64,000 nucleotides of DNA from Acidimicrobiales bacterium (GCA_024638815.1 JAHEJM010000002.1:69330-133329); one strand, 5' to 3'. Positions 56,131 through 64,000 are shown, counted from the stretch's first letter. Notes: generated by a model from the letters alone, not told the origin. Numbers and translations: made by a program.

Positions 56131-58035
56131 ATGATGGCCCCTTCCCTCGATTTCGAGCCGACCGATATCGACCTGCCGGAGGACGCCCTTCCCGGTGGTC
56201 TCGGCCCGCACGAGTTGCCCGAGATGATGCGGTCGCTCGCCCCGCCGGTCGATGAGGGCCACGATCGACTCGACCGGCTGGTCGGCTCGGTTGCCAAGCT
56301 GGTGGCCCGCTTCCCCCGCTGGGTCGTGTTGGCCAACCTGTCGGCCCTGTCGGTGTTGGCCTGGTGGGCGAGCCTGGCCATCGAGTTGTCCGGTGGACCA
56401 AGTCATCTCGGATCGACGCTGGTGTTGACCACCTCGCTGGGCCTGACCTTGGTGACGGTTGTTCTGGTCACCGTGCTGCAACGGATGGCACGGCTTGGAC
56501 GGGAGCGGGGTCTCGTCGGGCACGAGGCTCGACTCGATCCGCTGACCGGAGTGCTGTCCCGAGCCGGCATTACGACCGATATCGGCCGGCGGCTGGAGGA
56601 TCCTTCCGGCGACGGGGTGACCGGGATCCTGTTCTGCGACATCGACCGGCTCAAAGTGATCAACGACTCGCTCGGTCACGATGCCGGTGATCAGGTGTTG
56701 CAGATCGTGGCCGCCCGCCTGGCCGGAGCGGTACGGGACAACGACTCGATCGGACGTTTCGCCGGGGACAAGTTCGTCATCGCCACCTCGGAGCTGCCTG
56801 CGGTGCGGGATCTCGAGATTCTGGCCGACCGATTGACCGAATCACTGGAACGTCCCGTTGTCTTGGCCGATGGCTCCAGCCAGTCCGTCAGCTGCAGCAT
56901 CGGCATTGCCTGGACCGCTCGCCGGGCCGGCCGGCGGTGGCGCCCGACACTCGACCGTCTCGGCTCGGTCACCGACGAGTCGGTGACCACGGGCGAGCTG
57001 CTCCGGGACGCCGGAAGCGCCATGAACACCGTGAAGAGCGGCGGCGGAGTGGGGTATGCACTGTTCGACCCGGAAGTACGGGCCCGGGCCGTGGCCCGTC
57101 TTCAGCTGGAGCAGGATCTGCGTCGCGGACTCGCCGGTGGCGAGATCGTGGTTCATTACCAGCCCATCTTGGACGTGGCAACGGGAGACGCCGATCGCTA
57201 CGAGGCGCTCGTTCGCTGGCAGCATCCCGAGCGCGGCATGATTCATCCCGCCGACTTCCTGTCCGTGGCCGCCGAGTCGTCGTTGATCGTGGACATCGGC
57301 GAACTGGTCCTCAACCAGGCTTGTCAACAGGCGGTGGAGTGGACCGAACAGGCCGGACATCCGGTCACCGTGGCCGTCAACATGGGCGAGCGCCAACTCC
57401 TGGACCCGGCCCTGGTCGGGACGGTCAGTCGAGCCCTGGCCGAGAATGGTCTGCCGCCTGGCCGGCTCGAGTTGGAGATCACCGAGGAGCTGGTGATCGA
57501 CAAGCTCGACCAGGCGATGCTGGTCCTGCGTCAGCTGGAACTACTGGGAGTCGGACTGGCCATCGACGACTTCGGGACCAGCCAGGCTTCACTGGCACGC
57601 CTGCAACGGCTGGCCATGGTTTCGACGCTGAAGATCGATCGAGTCTTCGTCGAGGGGCTGGCCGACGCCTCCATCGATCGGAGTATCGTGGCCGCCGTGG
57701 TCAACCTGGCCGATGAGATCGGTATGTCGGTGGTGGCCGAGGGGGTGGAGCGGGTCGATCAGTCCCGCATTCTCAGCGATCTCGGTGTGCGGTTCCAGCA
57801 GGGTTTCCTGTACCAACGCCCCGGACCTCCCGAGGCCATCGACCGTCATATCCAGCGCCTGGCTCAGCGCCCTCGTCTGACGCCGGTCGACTCGGGATTC
57901 TCATCGGGCCCGGATCATCCGGCCCCGACCGATCTCATGTCGTCGGATCACTCCTCGTCGGCGGAGTCCTCCGGGACCGGCTCGTCATCCGACGACAACT
58001 CATCCGACGGCGCGGCATCGTCGGACCCGGCCTGA
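56131..58035 (+). CDS. membrane-anchored GGDEF(degenerate)-EAL c-di-GMP phosphodiesterase-type protein
   Basis: Two N-terminal TM segments. The GGDEF domain has AGDKF in place of GGDEF but keeps RxxD at I-site spacing. The EAL domain has all the usual motifs: YEALVRW, ELEITE, DDFGT, KID, EGVE, QQG. The tail is Ser-rich. Confidence 0.85.
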   Translation: MMAPSLDFEPTDIDLPEDALPGGLGPHELPEMMRSLAPPVDEGHDRLDRLVGSVAKLVARFPRWVVLANLSALSVLAWWASLAIELSGGPSHLGSTLVLTTSLGLTLVTVVLVTVLQRMARLGRERGLVGHEARLDPLTGVLSRAGITTDIGRRLEDPSGDGVTGILFCDIDRLKVINDSLGHDAGDQVLQIVAARLAGAVRDNDSIGRFAGDKFVIATSELPAVRDLEILADRLTESLERPVVLADGSSQSVSCSIGIAWTARRAGRRWRPTLDRLGSVTDESVTTGELLRDAGSAMNTVKSGGGVGYALFDPEVRARAVARLQLEQDLRRGLAGGEIVVHYQPILDVATGDADRYEALVRWQHPERGMIHPADFLSVAAESSLIVDIGELVLNQACQQAVEWTEQAGHPVTVAVNMGERQLLDPALVGTVSRALAENGLPPGRLELEITEELVIDKLDQAMLVLRQLELLGVGLAIDDFGTSQASLARLQRLAMVSTLKIDRVFVEGLADASIDRSIVAAVVNLADEIGMSVVAEGVERVDQSRILSDLGVRFQQGFLYQRPGPPEAIDRHIQRLAQRPRLTPVDSGFSSGPDHPAPTDLMSSDHSSSAESSGTGSSSDDNSSDGAASSDPA

Positions 58036-58442
58036 GCGGCGGTCGCCGCCTGCGGCCCCTGGGCCTGTTGTACGAAGGCAAGCCGGGCATGGTGAAGGGC
58101 GTCGACGAGTGTGGATTCCGCTTCCCCCAGCCGGCCCGACAGCCCCTCGACCAGGGCGGCCAGGGCATCGAGGGCCAGCCGGGCCTCGCTCAGATCGGGT
58201 TCATCGGCGGTGAGGTGAATGGCGGCCAACTCGTAGATACCGAGAGCGTGGTTGACCACCACGGTGCTGGCCGGCGTCTCCAACAACCTGGCCCGGGCCT
58301 CGGCCAGCTCATGGGCCATGGCACGGGCCTGCTCCTCCTGCTCGGGTGTGAGGGTGGGCTCATCGGGTTGGGCGTCCGAACCGGCCCGGGAATCCGAGGC
58401 GGGTGGAATCGGTCGTTCTCCGTCGGGGGTCCATAGGCTCAT
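57948..58442 (-). CDS. DUF1844 domain protein
   Basis: 164 aa whose central region, VVVNHALGIYELAAIHL...LSEARLALDALAALVEGL, is typical of DUF1844. It is divergent from infC. The acidic C-terminal tail overlaps the convergent gene. Confidence 0.7.
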   Translation of the reverse strand: MSLWTPDGERPIPPASDSRAGSDAQPDEPTLTPEQEEQARAMAHELAEARARLLETPASTVVVNHALGIYELAAIHLTADEPDLSEARLALDALAALVEGLSGRLGEAESTLVDALHHARLAFVQQAQGPQAATAAQAGSDDAAPSDELSSDDEPVPEDSADEE

Positions 58443-58819
58443 GTCTCGAATCTACCGGCTCGGTCTCCCCTAATCGCCGTCTCGGTTTCGTTGCCCGCGG
58501 CTTTTGACCGATGTGATTGCGTTGTCCCGATCCGCCGCTAGTCTTGAACTCGGACAATGTTTGAAAGTGGGCTTCGGGCCCCACCCAGCCACCGTCAGCG
58601 GCCGCTCGCGGTCACGCCAGGTGCGACTGGGTTGCCATGAACACCGATGTCGCCAGTCGACATCACCGCAGATCTGCCCAGCGCACGTGCATCACGCAAA
58701 TGCGTTCCAAGATCTTGGTGCCGGTCTCATGTGACTGCCTCCCGCCTCTTTCACTCAAGTCCGAGTCAACGAGAGAAGACCAAAGGAGAGGTGTATCACA
58801 CCATGAGGGGTGATCGACA

Positions 58820-59527
58820 ATAGCAGCGTCGCCTGAGCCCCGGATCAACGAGAAGATCCGGGCTCGAGAAGTGCGTGTCATCGGACCGACCGGAGAGCAA
58901 CTGGGCATCAAACCCATGCCCCAGGCTCTGTCCATGGCCCGTGAAATGGAGCTCGACCTGGTCGAGGTCGCCGACAAGGCCAATCCGCCGGTGTGCCGGA
59001 TCATGGATTACGGCAAGTACAAGTACGAGGCGGCCCAGCGAGCCAAAGAGTCCCGCAAGAAGGCGAGTAACGTTGTCGTCAAGGAGATGAAGTACCGCCC
59101 GAAGATCGGGGTCGGTGACTTCGACACCAAGACCCGCAAAGTCGAGAAGTTCCTGCAAGAGGGAAACAAGGTCAAGATCACGATCATGTTCCGAGGTCGT
59201 GAGGTCACACATCCCGAGTTGGGAAAGAAGATCCTCGACGACATCGCCGAACGGGTCGACGACTACGCCAAGATCGAGGCCTACCCTCGGCTTGACGGGC
59301 GGAACATGACCATGGTTCTGGGTCCCGACACCAAGAAAATGAAAGCCAAGCAGGCCGAGGAGGCCCGTCGCCAACGTCGGGAGAAGGCCGAGCAGGCGGC
59401 GGCTGCCCGGGTCGAGGAAGACGTGACGGCTGCCGACGTCACAGAAGACGTCACGGCAGCCGAGGTCGACGAGGACGTTCCAGCTGCCGCAGCGGCCGAG
59501 GTCGGAGTCAACGACCAGTCGGACTGA
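58820..59527 (+). CDS. infC: translation initiation factor IF-3 (non-canonical start codon)
   Basis: The conserved IF-3 N-terminus INEKIRAREVRVIGPTGEQLGI begins upstream of the first canonical start (GTG 58871). The frame is open back to TGA 58811-58813. The candidate starts are ATA 58820, ATC 58844 and ATC 58856. The exact start is uncertain. Confidence 0.85.
   Translation: MAASPEPRINEKIRAREVRVIGPTGEQLGIKPMPQALSMAREMELDLVEVADKANPPVCRIMDYGKYKYEAAQRAKESRKKASNVVVKEMKYRPKIGVGDFDTKTRKVEKFLQEGNKVKITIMFRGREVTHPELGKKILDDIAERVDDYAKIEAYPRLDGRNMTMVLGPDTKKMKAKQAEEARRQRREKAEQAAAARVEEDVTAADVTEDVTAAEVDEDVPAAAAAEVGVNDQSD
59417..59497 (+). repeat. three imperfect 27-nt (9-codon) tandem repeats in the IF-3 C-terminal tail
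   Basis: The repeats encode EDVTAADVT / EDVTAAEVD / EDVPAAAAA. The units start at 59417, 59444 and 59471. Confidence 0.65.
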
Positions 59528-59705
59528 GTCCGAATCCCCCTCAGCCCCGTCTGTCGCACACACGACGGTGACGGCAGTTGGTATCGGAACCGGTCACGAG
59601 TCGATACCGATCGAAGCGCACTGGTCGGCCGAGACACCGCTCTGCCACCGGCACCCCCCTCGGCCCGAGCTCTCAAGCTCTGGTCCAAACCGTCGAGGAG
59701 ACACC

Positions 59706-59900
59706 ATGTCAAAGATGAAAACCCACAAGGGAGCCAAGAAACGGTTCAAGAAGACAGGCACCGGTAAGCTCATGCGCCGGAGCAAGAACCTGAACCACTT
59801 CCTGGAGAAGAAGTCGAGCCGCCGCAAGCGCCGGCTGACCGGTGAAAGGGTCGTCGACAAAGCCGATGCTCCTCGCATCGAGAAGCTGCTGTCGAGCTGA
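59706..59900 (+). CDS. rpmI: 50S ribosomal protein L35
   Basis: Begins MSKMKTHKGAKKRFKKTGTGKLMRR. The SD GAGGAG lies 5 nt upstream of ATG 59706. Confidence 0.93.
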   Translation: MSKMKTHKGAKKRFKKTGTGKLMRRSKNLNHFLEKKSSRRKRRLTGERVVDKADAPRIEKLLSS

Positions 59901-60002
59901 GCACACTGCGAGCCCGGTCTCCCCGGGGTCGGACCCGAACGCGCACACTTCCGGCGGGAGAAGCCGGAGTACGAGAAGCACTGCAAAGAGGAGTAGAGAC
60001 AG

Positions 60003-60365
60003 ATGGCACGTGTGAAACGAGCTGTGCATTCCAAGAAGCGTCGCCGTACCACACTGGAGCGGGCCAAGGGGTACTACGGCAACAAGAGCCGGAGCGTGCG
60101 GGCTGCCAACGAGCAGGTCATGCACTCAGGCAATTACGCCTTCCGGGATCGTCGAGCCCGCAAAGGTGAGTTTCGGCGTCTGTGGATCCAGCGAATCAAT
60201 GCCGCCTGCCGGGCCAACGGCACCACCTACAGCCGGTTCATCGCCGGGCTGAAGGCGGCCGAGGTCGAGGTCGACCGCAAAGTGCTGGCCGACCTGGCCG
60301 TCAACGACGCCGACGCCTTCACCGCTCTGGTCAGAATCGCCGACCAGTCGAACCAGGCCGCCTGA
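60003..60365 (+). CDS. rplT: 50S ribosomal protein L20
   Basis: Begins [26 protein letters not shown] and includes [12 protein letters not shown]. Confidence 0.96.
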   Translation: MARVKRAVHSKKRRRTTLERAKGYYGNKSRSVRAANEQVMHSGNYAFRDRRARKGEFRRLWIQRINAACRANGTTYSRFIAGLKAAEVEVDRKVLADLAVNDADAFTALVRIADQSNQAA

Positions 60366-60390
60366 TCAAGGTCGCACCCCCGACCGCCCG

Positions 60391-61233
60391 ATGATCGAGC
60401 CGGAGCCGAGACCTCTCGGACCCAAGCATCCCGAGATCAAACGGTTGCGGCGCTTGATACGCCAGACAAAGACCCGCTCTCGGGAGCGGGTCTTTGTGGT
60501 TGACGGCCCGACGCTGGTGGCCGAGGCTCTGGCCTCGCCCCTCACGGTGCACCAGGTGTTCATCGGGGTCGACCACCAGGGCCCGGTGATCGACCCCGAC
60601 CTTCTGGTTACGGGCCCACCTCCCGGTACCGAGGATCGGCGGCCGTCGGTCTTTACGGTCGATGGTGAGGTGCTGCGCTCGGTGCTCGATCCGGTCACGC
60701 CCCGGCCGGTGGCGGCGGTGGTCGAAACGCCCCAGTGGTCCGAGTACTCCGTTGCCACCGACCGGCCGGTCATGATCGCCGTCGAGCTGCGGGATCCCGG
60801 CAACCTGGGAACCGTGATCCGGACGGCGGAGGCCGCTGGTTTCGGCGCGGTGTTGGTCACCGACCACTCGGTGGACGTGACCAACCCGAAGGTGGTCCGG
60901 GCCTCGGCCGGCTCGATTCTGCGTCTCCCGGTCCTGCCCCGACGACCGTTGTCTGAAACCGTGGCTCTGCTCAGGACCGGCGGCCATCGGGTGGTTGCCG
61001 CCGTCGTCGACGCCGACGCCCCACCCTATGACGAGGTCGATCTGACGACGGCGGCCATCATGATCGGCAATGAGCCCCGAGGGCTCTCGCCGGACCATGC
61101 GGCGATGGCCGATCAGGCGGTGACCATCCCCATGGCCGGTCCGTCGGAGTCGCTGAACGTGGCTGCCGCCGCCGCCGTGCTGGCCTTCGAGGCCGCCCGG
61201 CAACGACGCCACCGCCGGCCGACCGGTGCATGA
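60391..61233 (+). CDS. TrmH/SpoU-family rRNA methyltransferase (TsnR/RlmB-like)
   Basis: SPOUT motifs VELRDPGNLGTVIRTAEAAG, MIGNEPRGLS and ESLNVAAAAAVLAFE. It sits in the conserved position between rplT and pheS. Confidence 0.82.
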   Translation: MIEPEPRPLGPKHPEIKRLRRLIRQTKTRSRERVFVVDGPTLVAEALASPLTVHQVFIGVDHQGPVIDPDLLVTGPPPGTEDRRPSVFTVDGEVLRSVLDPVTPRPVAAVVETPQWSEYSVATDRPVMIAVELRDPGNLGTVIRTAEAAGFGAVLVTDHSVDVTNPKVVRASAGSILRLPVLPRRPLSETVALLRTGGHRVVAAVVDADAPPYDEVDLTTAAIMIGNEPRGLSPDHAAMADQAVTIPMAGPSESLNVAAAAAVLAFEAARQRRHRRPTGA

Positions 61234-61304
61234 GCTGTCGCCGCGGCCGGTGGAGCCGAAATGGCCAACGGATCAGGGGACGAGTCTTCTATGCTTGACG
61301 GACG

Positions 61305-62303
61305 ATGATCGATCAAATCACACGACAGGCCGACGAGGCCGCGGCCGCCGTCGAGTCGGCCGCGACCCTGGCCGATCTGCAGCAGGTCGAGAGCGATCAG
61401 CTGGGAAGATCGGCCCCGCTCACGCTGAGCAAACGGCAATTGGGGTCGATTCCGGTCGAGAACCGCAAGGAAGCCGGTCGGGCCCTCAACGAGGCCCGTC
61501 GCCGGGTGGAATCAATGCTCGAGGACCGCAGGCGCACGCTGGCCGATGCGGAGCGGGCCAGTCGGCTCGTGGCCGAGCGCCTCGATCTGACCGAAGTTCC
61601 CCCTGCGGTCGAGGCAGGCCATGCCCACATCGTCACCCAGGCTTGGGAGGAACTGGAGGATGTGTTCGTGGGCATGGGCTACGAGGTGGCTGAAGGGCCC
61701 GAGGTCGAGACCGACTGGCACAACTTCGATGCCCTCAACATCCCGGCCGGCCATCCCGCCCGTGACGAGTTCGACACGATCTATGTGAATCACGGCAAGG
61801 CAGGATCGACCCTGTTGCGGACCCACACATCGCCGGTGCAGATCAGGGCCATGCAGCAGTCGGAGCCCCCGATCTACATCGTCGCCCCCGGCCGGGTGTT
61901 CCGCCGGGATACCGCCGATGCCACCCACATGCCGGTCTTTCACCAGATCGAGGGTCTGGTCATCGACAAGGGGATTTCTCTCGCCGATCTGGCCGGAACC
62001 ATCGAGGTCTTCACCGAGCGGTATTTCGGCCCCGGGTTCTCGTCCCGACTCCGCCCCAACCATTTCCCGTTCACCGAACCTTCGGCAGAGTTCGATATCC
62101 AACGCCCAGACGGTTCGTGGTTGGAGCTGGGGGGCTGCGGGATGGTCCACCCCGATGTGCTGAGGGCCGGCGGTGTGAATCCCGAGCAGTGGTCGGGATT
62201 CGCCTTCGGCTTCGGGATCGACCGGCTGGCCCTCATGAAGTTCGGTGTCGACGACCTACGGGAGCTGTTCACCAACGATGTCCGTTTCCTCCGCCAGTTC
62301 TAG
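61305..62303 (+). CDS. pheS: phenylalanine--tRNA ligase alpha subunit
   Basis: Class II motifs LRTHTSPVQIR, FRRDTADATHMPVFHQIEG and GFAFGFGIDRLAL. Confidence 0.96.
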   Translation: MIDQITRQADEAAAAVESAATLADLQQVESDQLGRSAPLTLSKRQLGSIPVENRKEAGRALNEARRRVESMLEDRRRTLADAERASRLVAERLDLTEVPPAVEAGHAHIVTQAWEELEDVFVGMGYEVAEGPEVETDWHNFDALNIPAGHPARDEFDTIYVNHGKAGSTLLRTHTSPVQIRAMQQSEPPIYIVAPGRVFRRDTADATHMPVFHQIEGLVIDKGISLADLAGTIEVFTERYFGPGFSSRLRPNHFPFTEPSAEFDIQRPDGSWLELGGCGMVHPDVLRAGGVNPEQWSGFAFGFGIDRLALMKFGVDDLRELFTNDVRFLRQF

Positions 62304-62446
62304 TGTTCGCCGACGGGGCGGCTCAGGCAACTTCGAGTTGCGGAGCTTTGACATGATTATGAAAGTCCAGGTCGTAAGCGAAACCAGATGCCGCCCGAGA
62401 CGGTGACCGTGACGACAATCGCAGAAACACGAGAAATGCAGCAATC

Positions 62447-64000
62447 ATGAAGGTTCTTCTCTCCTGGATGCAGGAGTTCGCGCCAGTGGACAACGACCTC
62501 GATCAACTGGCCGAGGTGATGATCGATCTCGGCATGGTGGTCGAGGACGTCGTCCACACCGGCCCGGCGTGGGACGGGATCGTGGTGGCCGAGATCCTCG
62601 ATCTGCGGCCCCATCCCGAGGCCGATCGAATTCAATTGGTCGACGTCGACGCCGGTGACGGCCAACCGCTCCAGGTCTGCTGTGGCGCGTTCAACATGAA
62701 GCGGGGAGACCTGGTGCCGCTGGCCACGGTCGGCACCACCATGCCCGGTGGCTTGGAGATCGGCCGGCGCAAGCTCAGAGGCGAGTGGTCGAACGGCATG
62801 CTGTGCTCGCCGGCCGAACTCGAGCTGACCGGCGACGCCGACGGCATCATGATCCTTGATCCGGGACTGGCTGTCGGCCGGCCGTTGGCCGAAGCCCTGG
62901 GGGCGGATGGTGATGTCCTGTTCGATCTCGACATCGAGGCCAATCGACCCGATGCCCTGTCGGTTGCCGGTGTGGCCCGGGATGTCGCTGCTCGGCTCGG
63001 CGTGCCCTTCACCCTGCCCTCTCCCAAGTTCCCCGAAGCCGAGCAGTCGGTCGATGCCCTGGCCGCAGTCGATATCGAGGCCCCCGATCTCTGCCCCCGG
63101 TTCGGGGTCCGGGTCCTTCACAACGTCACCATCGGCGAATCGCCGTCGTGGATGGCGGCACGGCTCGTTGCCGCCGGCATGCGGCCCATCAACTCCATTG
63201 TCGACATCTCCAATTACGTGATGTTGGAGTTGGGTCAACCCAACCACACCTACGACCTGGAGCTTGTTCCCGACGGCCGACTCGGCGTTCGCATGGGTCG
63301 CGACGGCGAGACCTTGGTCACCCTGGACGATGTGGAACGCACCATCACTGCGACCGATGGTGTGATCGTCGACGCCGAAGACCGGCCCATCGGTCTGGCC
63401 GGTGTGATGGGTGGCGCCTCCACCGAGATCAGCGAGTCCACCACATCTGTGCTGCTGGAGGCCGCGGTCTGGGATCGCATGACCGTTGCCCGAACCAGCC
63501 GGCGTCTCGGATTGCGATCCGAGGCGTCGACTCGATTCGAGCGGGGTGTCGATCCCCATGGCATCGAGCTGGCCCTCGATCGCTTCGTTGAGCTGGCGGT
63601 GGATATATGCGGTGCGACTGTGGCCTCGGGTCGCATCGTGGCCGAAGGGAACCTGGAGCCGCCCCGCACGGTGCGGGTTCGCACCGATCGGGTGAACAGC
63701 CTGCTCAATCTCGAACTCACTACGTCGGAGATCGCCGATCTGCTCGACCCCATCGGCTTCACCACTCGTCCGGTGAGGATGAATGGTTCCGAAACCGATC
63801 CCACACCGGCTTTGGCCGATGCGCTGGATGTGATCATCCCGACCTGGCGTCCCGATTCGGCCATCGAGGTCGACGTGATCGAGGAGATCGGCCGCCATCA
63901 TGGCTACGACAAGTCGGGCCGACGGGTTCCGACGCCGACCCAGGTCGGCCGGCTGAGCCCGACCCAGATTGCTCGGCGCCGGATCCGCCGGGCCCTTCTC
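62447..64000 (+). CDS. pheT: phenylalanine--tRNA ligase beta subunit, 3'-truncated by the window edge
   Basis: ATG 62447 opens a frame that stays open to base 64000. It begins MKVLLSWMQEFAPVDNDLDQLAEVMIDLGMVVEDV and is followed by the tRNA-binding OB domain (HPEADRIQLVDVDAGDG) and the B3/4 domain. It is absent from the ORF track because it has no stop in the window. Confidence 0.92.
   Translation, partial: MKVLLSWMQEFAPVDNDLDQLAEVMIDLGMVVEDVVHTGPAWDGIVVAEILDLRPHPEADRIQLVDVDAGDGQPLQVCCGAFNMKRGDLVPLATVGTTMPGGLEIGRRKLRGEWSNGMLCSPAELELTGDADGIMILDPGLAVGRPLAEALGADGDVLFDLDIEANRPDALSVAGVARDVAARLGVPFTLPSPKFPEAEQSVDALAAVDIEAPDLCPRFGVRVLHNVTIGESPSWMAARLVAAGMRPINSIVDISNYVMLELGQPNHTYDLELVPDGRLGVRMGRDGETLVTLDDVERTITATDGVIVDAEDRPIGLAGVMGGASTEISESTTSVLLEAAVWDRMTVARTSRRLGLRSEASTRFERGVDPHGIELALDRFVELAVDICGATVASGRIVAEGNLEPPRTVRVRTDRVNSLLNLELTTSEIADLLDPIGFTTRPVRMNGSETDPTPALADALDVIIPTWRPDSAIEVDVIEEIGRHHGYDKSGRRVPTPTQVGRLSPTQIARRRIRRALL

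Noticed and set aside
58504-58734. 76-aa + strand ORF, and other 60-110-aa ORFs, in the 377-nt region upstream of infC.
   Set aside because: No SD, mixed third-position composition and a Cys/His/Arg-rich translation with no family resemblance. The region is more likely a 5' UTR or promoter region. I could not identify a known RNA motif or a convincing promoter in it.
62353-62406. 17-codon ORF (MIMKVQVVSETRCRPRR) in the pheS-pheT gap as a real gene.
   Set aside because: It is too short and has no compositional support for calling a CDS. It is kept only as part of the finding about the unusual spacer.
62357-63901. 514-aa minus-strand ORF near the window end.
   Set aside because: It lies antisense to pheT, whose + frame is open from 62447 to the window edge and shows PheT N-terminal, OB-fold and B3/4 motifs.
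1-64000. Window-wide search by eye for CRISPR repeats, IS or transposase/integrase genes, tRNA/rRNA genes, toxin-antitoxin pairs, restriction-modification or other defence modules.
   Set aside because: None found. All intergenic regions are shorter than 380 nt. No spaced direct repeats were seen apart from the 13-bp and 27-nt tandem repeats already reported. Every sizeable ORF is either a housekeeping gene or one of the few hypotheticals listed.

Overview
This is a GC-rich bacterial chromosome segment with strong GC3 bias. Gene content and order match the conserved housekeeping backbone of Actinomycetota. From memory of Mycobacterium, three such blocks are joined here: (1) tgt-yajC-secDF-rel-hisS-aspS-rarA-alaS-ruvX-mltG-aroE-aroB-pepP-efp-nusB; (2) pyrR-pyrB-pyrC-carAB-pyrD-pyrF-mihF-gmk-rpoZ-coaBC-metK-priA-def-fmt-rsmB-rib; (3) infC-rpmI-rplT-trmH-pheST. 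An actinobacterial mIHF is present. The lineage is otherwise unverified.

I call about 57 protein genes. Almost all are on the + strand, and many are joined by 4-nt ATGA/GTGA overlaps. I saw no rRNA, tRNA, CRISPR array, transposase/integrase or recognisable defence gene. I do not find a convincing novel multi-gene system; this looks like a core region.

The leads worth a second look are the places where the conserved backbone is interrupted or altered:
- an orphan ATP-grasp-like ORF after rel;
- a DUF4388 protein plus an AroK-like domain without a P-loop fused to aroB;
- a pyrR leader in which a PyrR-box-like hairpin covers the SD and start, and a hairpin with a U-tract lies inside the first pyrR codons;
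- an inverted cluster (trans-sulfuration enzyme, serA, serC, DUF1015) replacing rpe;
- a 13-bp tandem repeat in the divergent region upstream of mog-ribD;
- a rib operon with no visible FMN riboswitch and no ribH;
- infC, which must start at a non-canonical codon;
- a structured infC-rpmI spacer;
- a uORF coupled to pheS, and an unusual AT-richer pheS-pheT gap.

All function calls rest on by-eye motif recognition. Most start codons are provisional.
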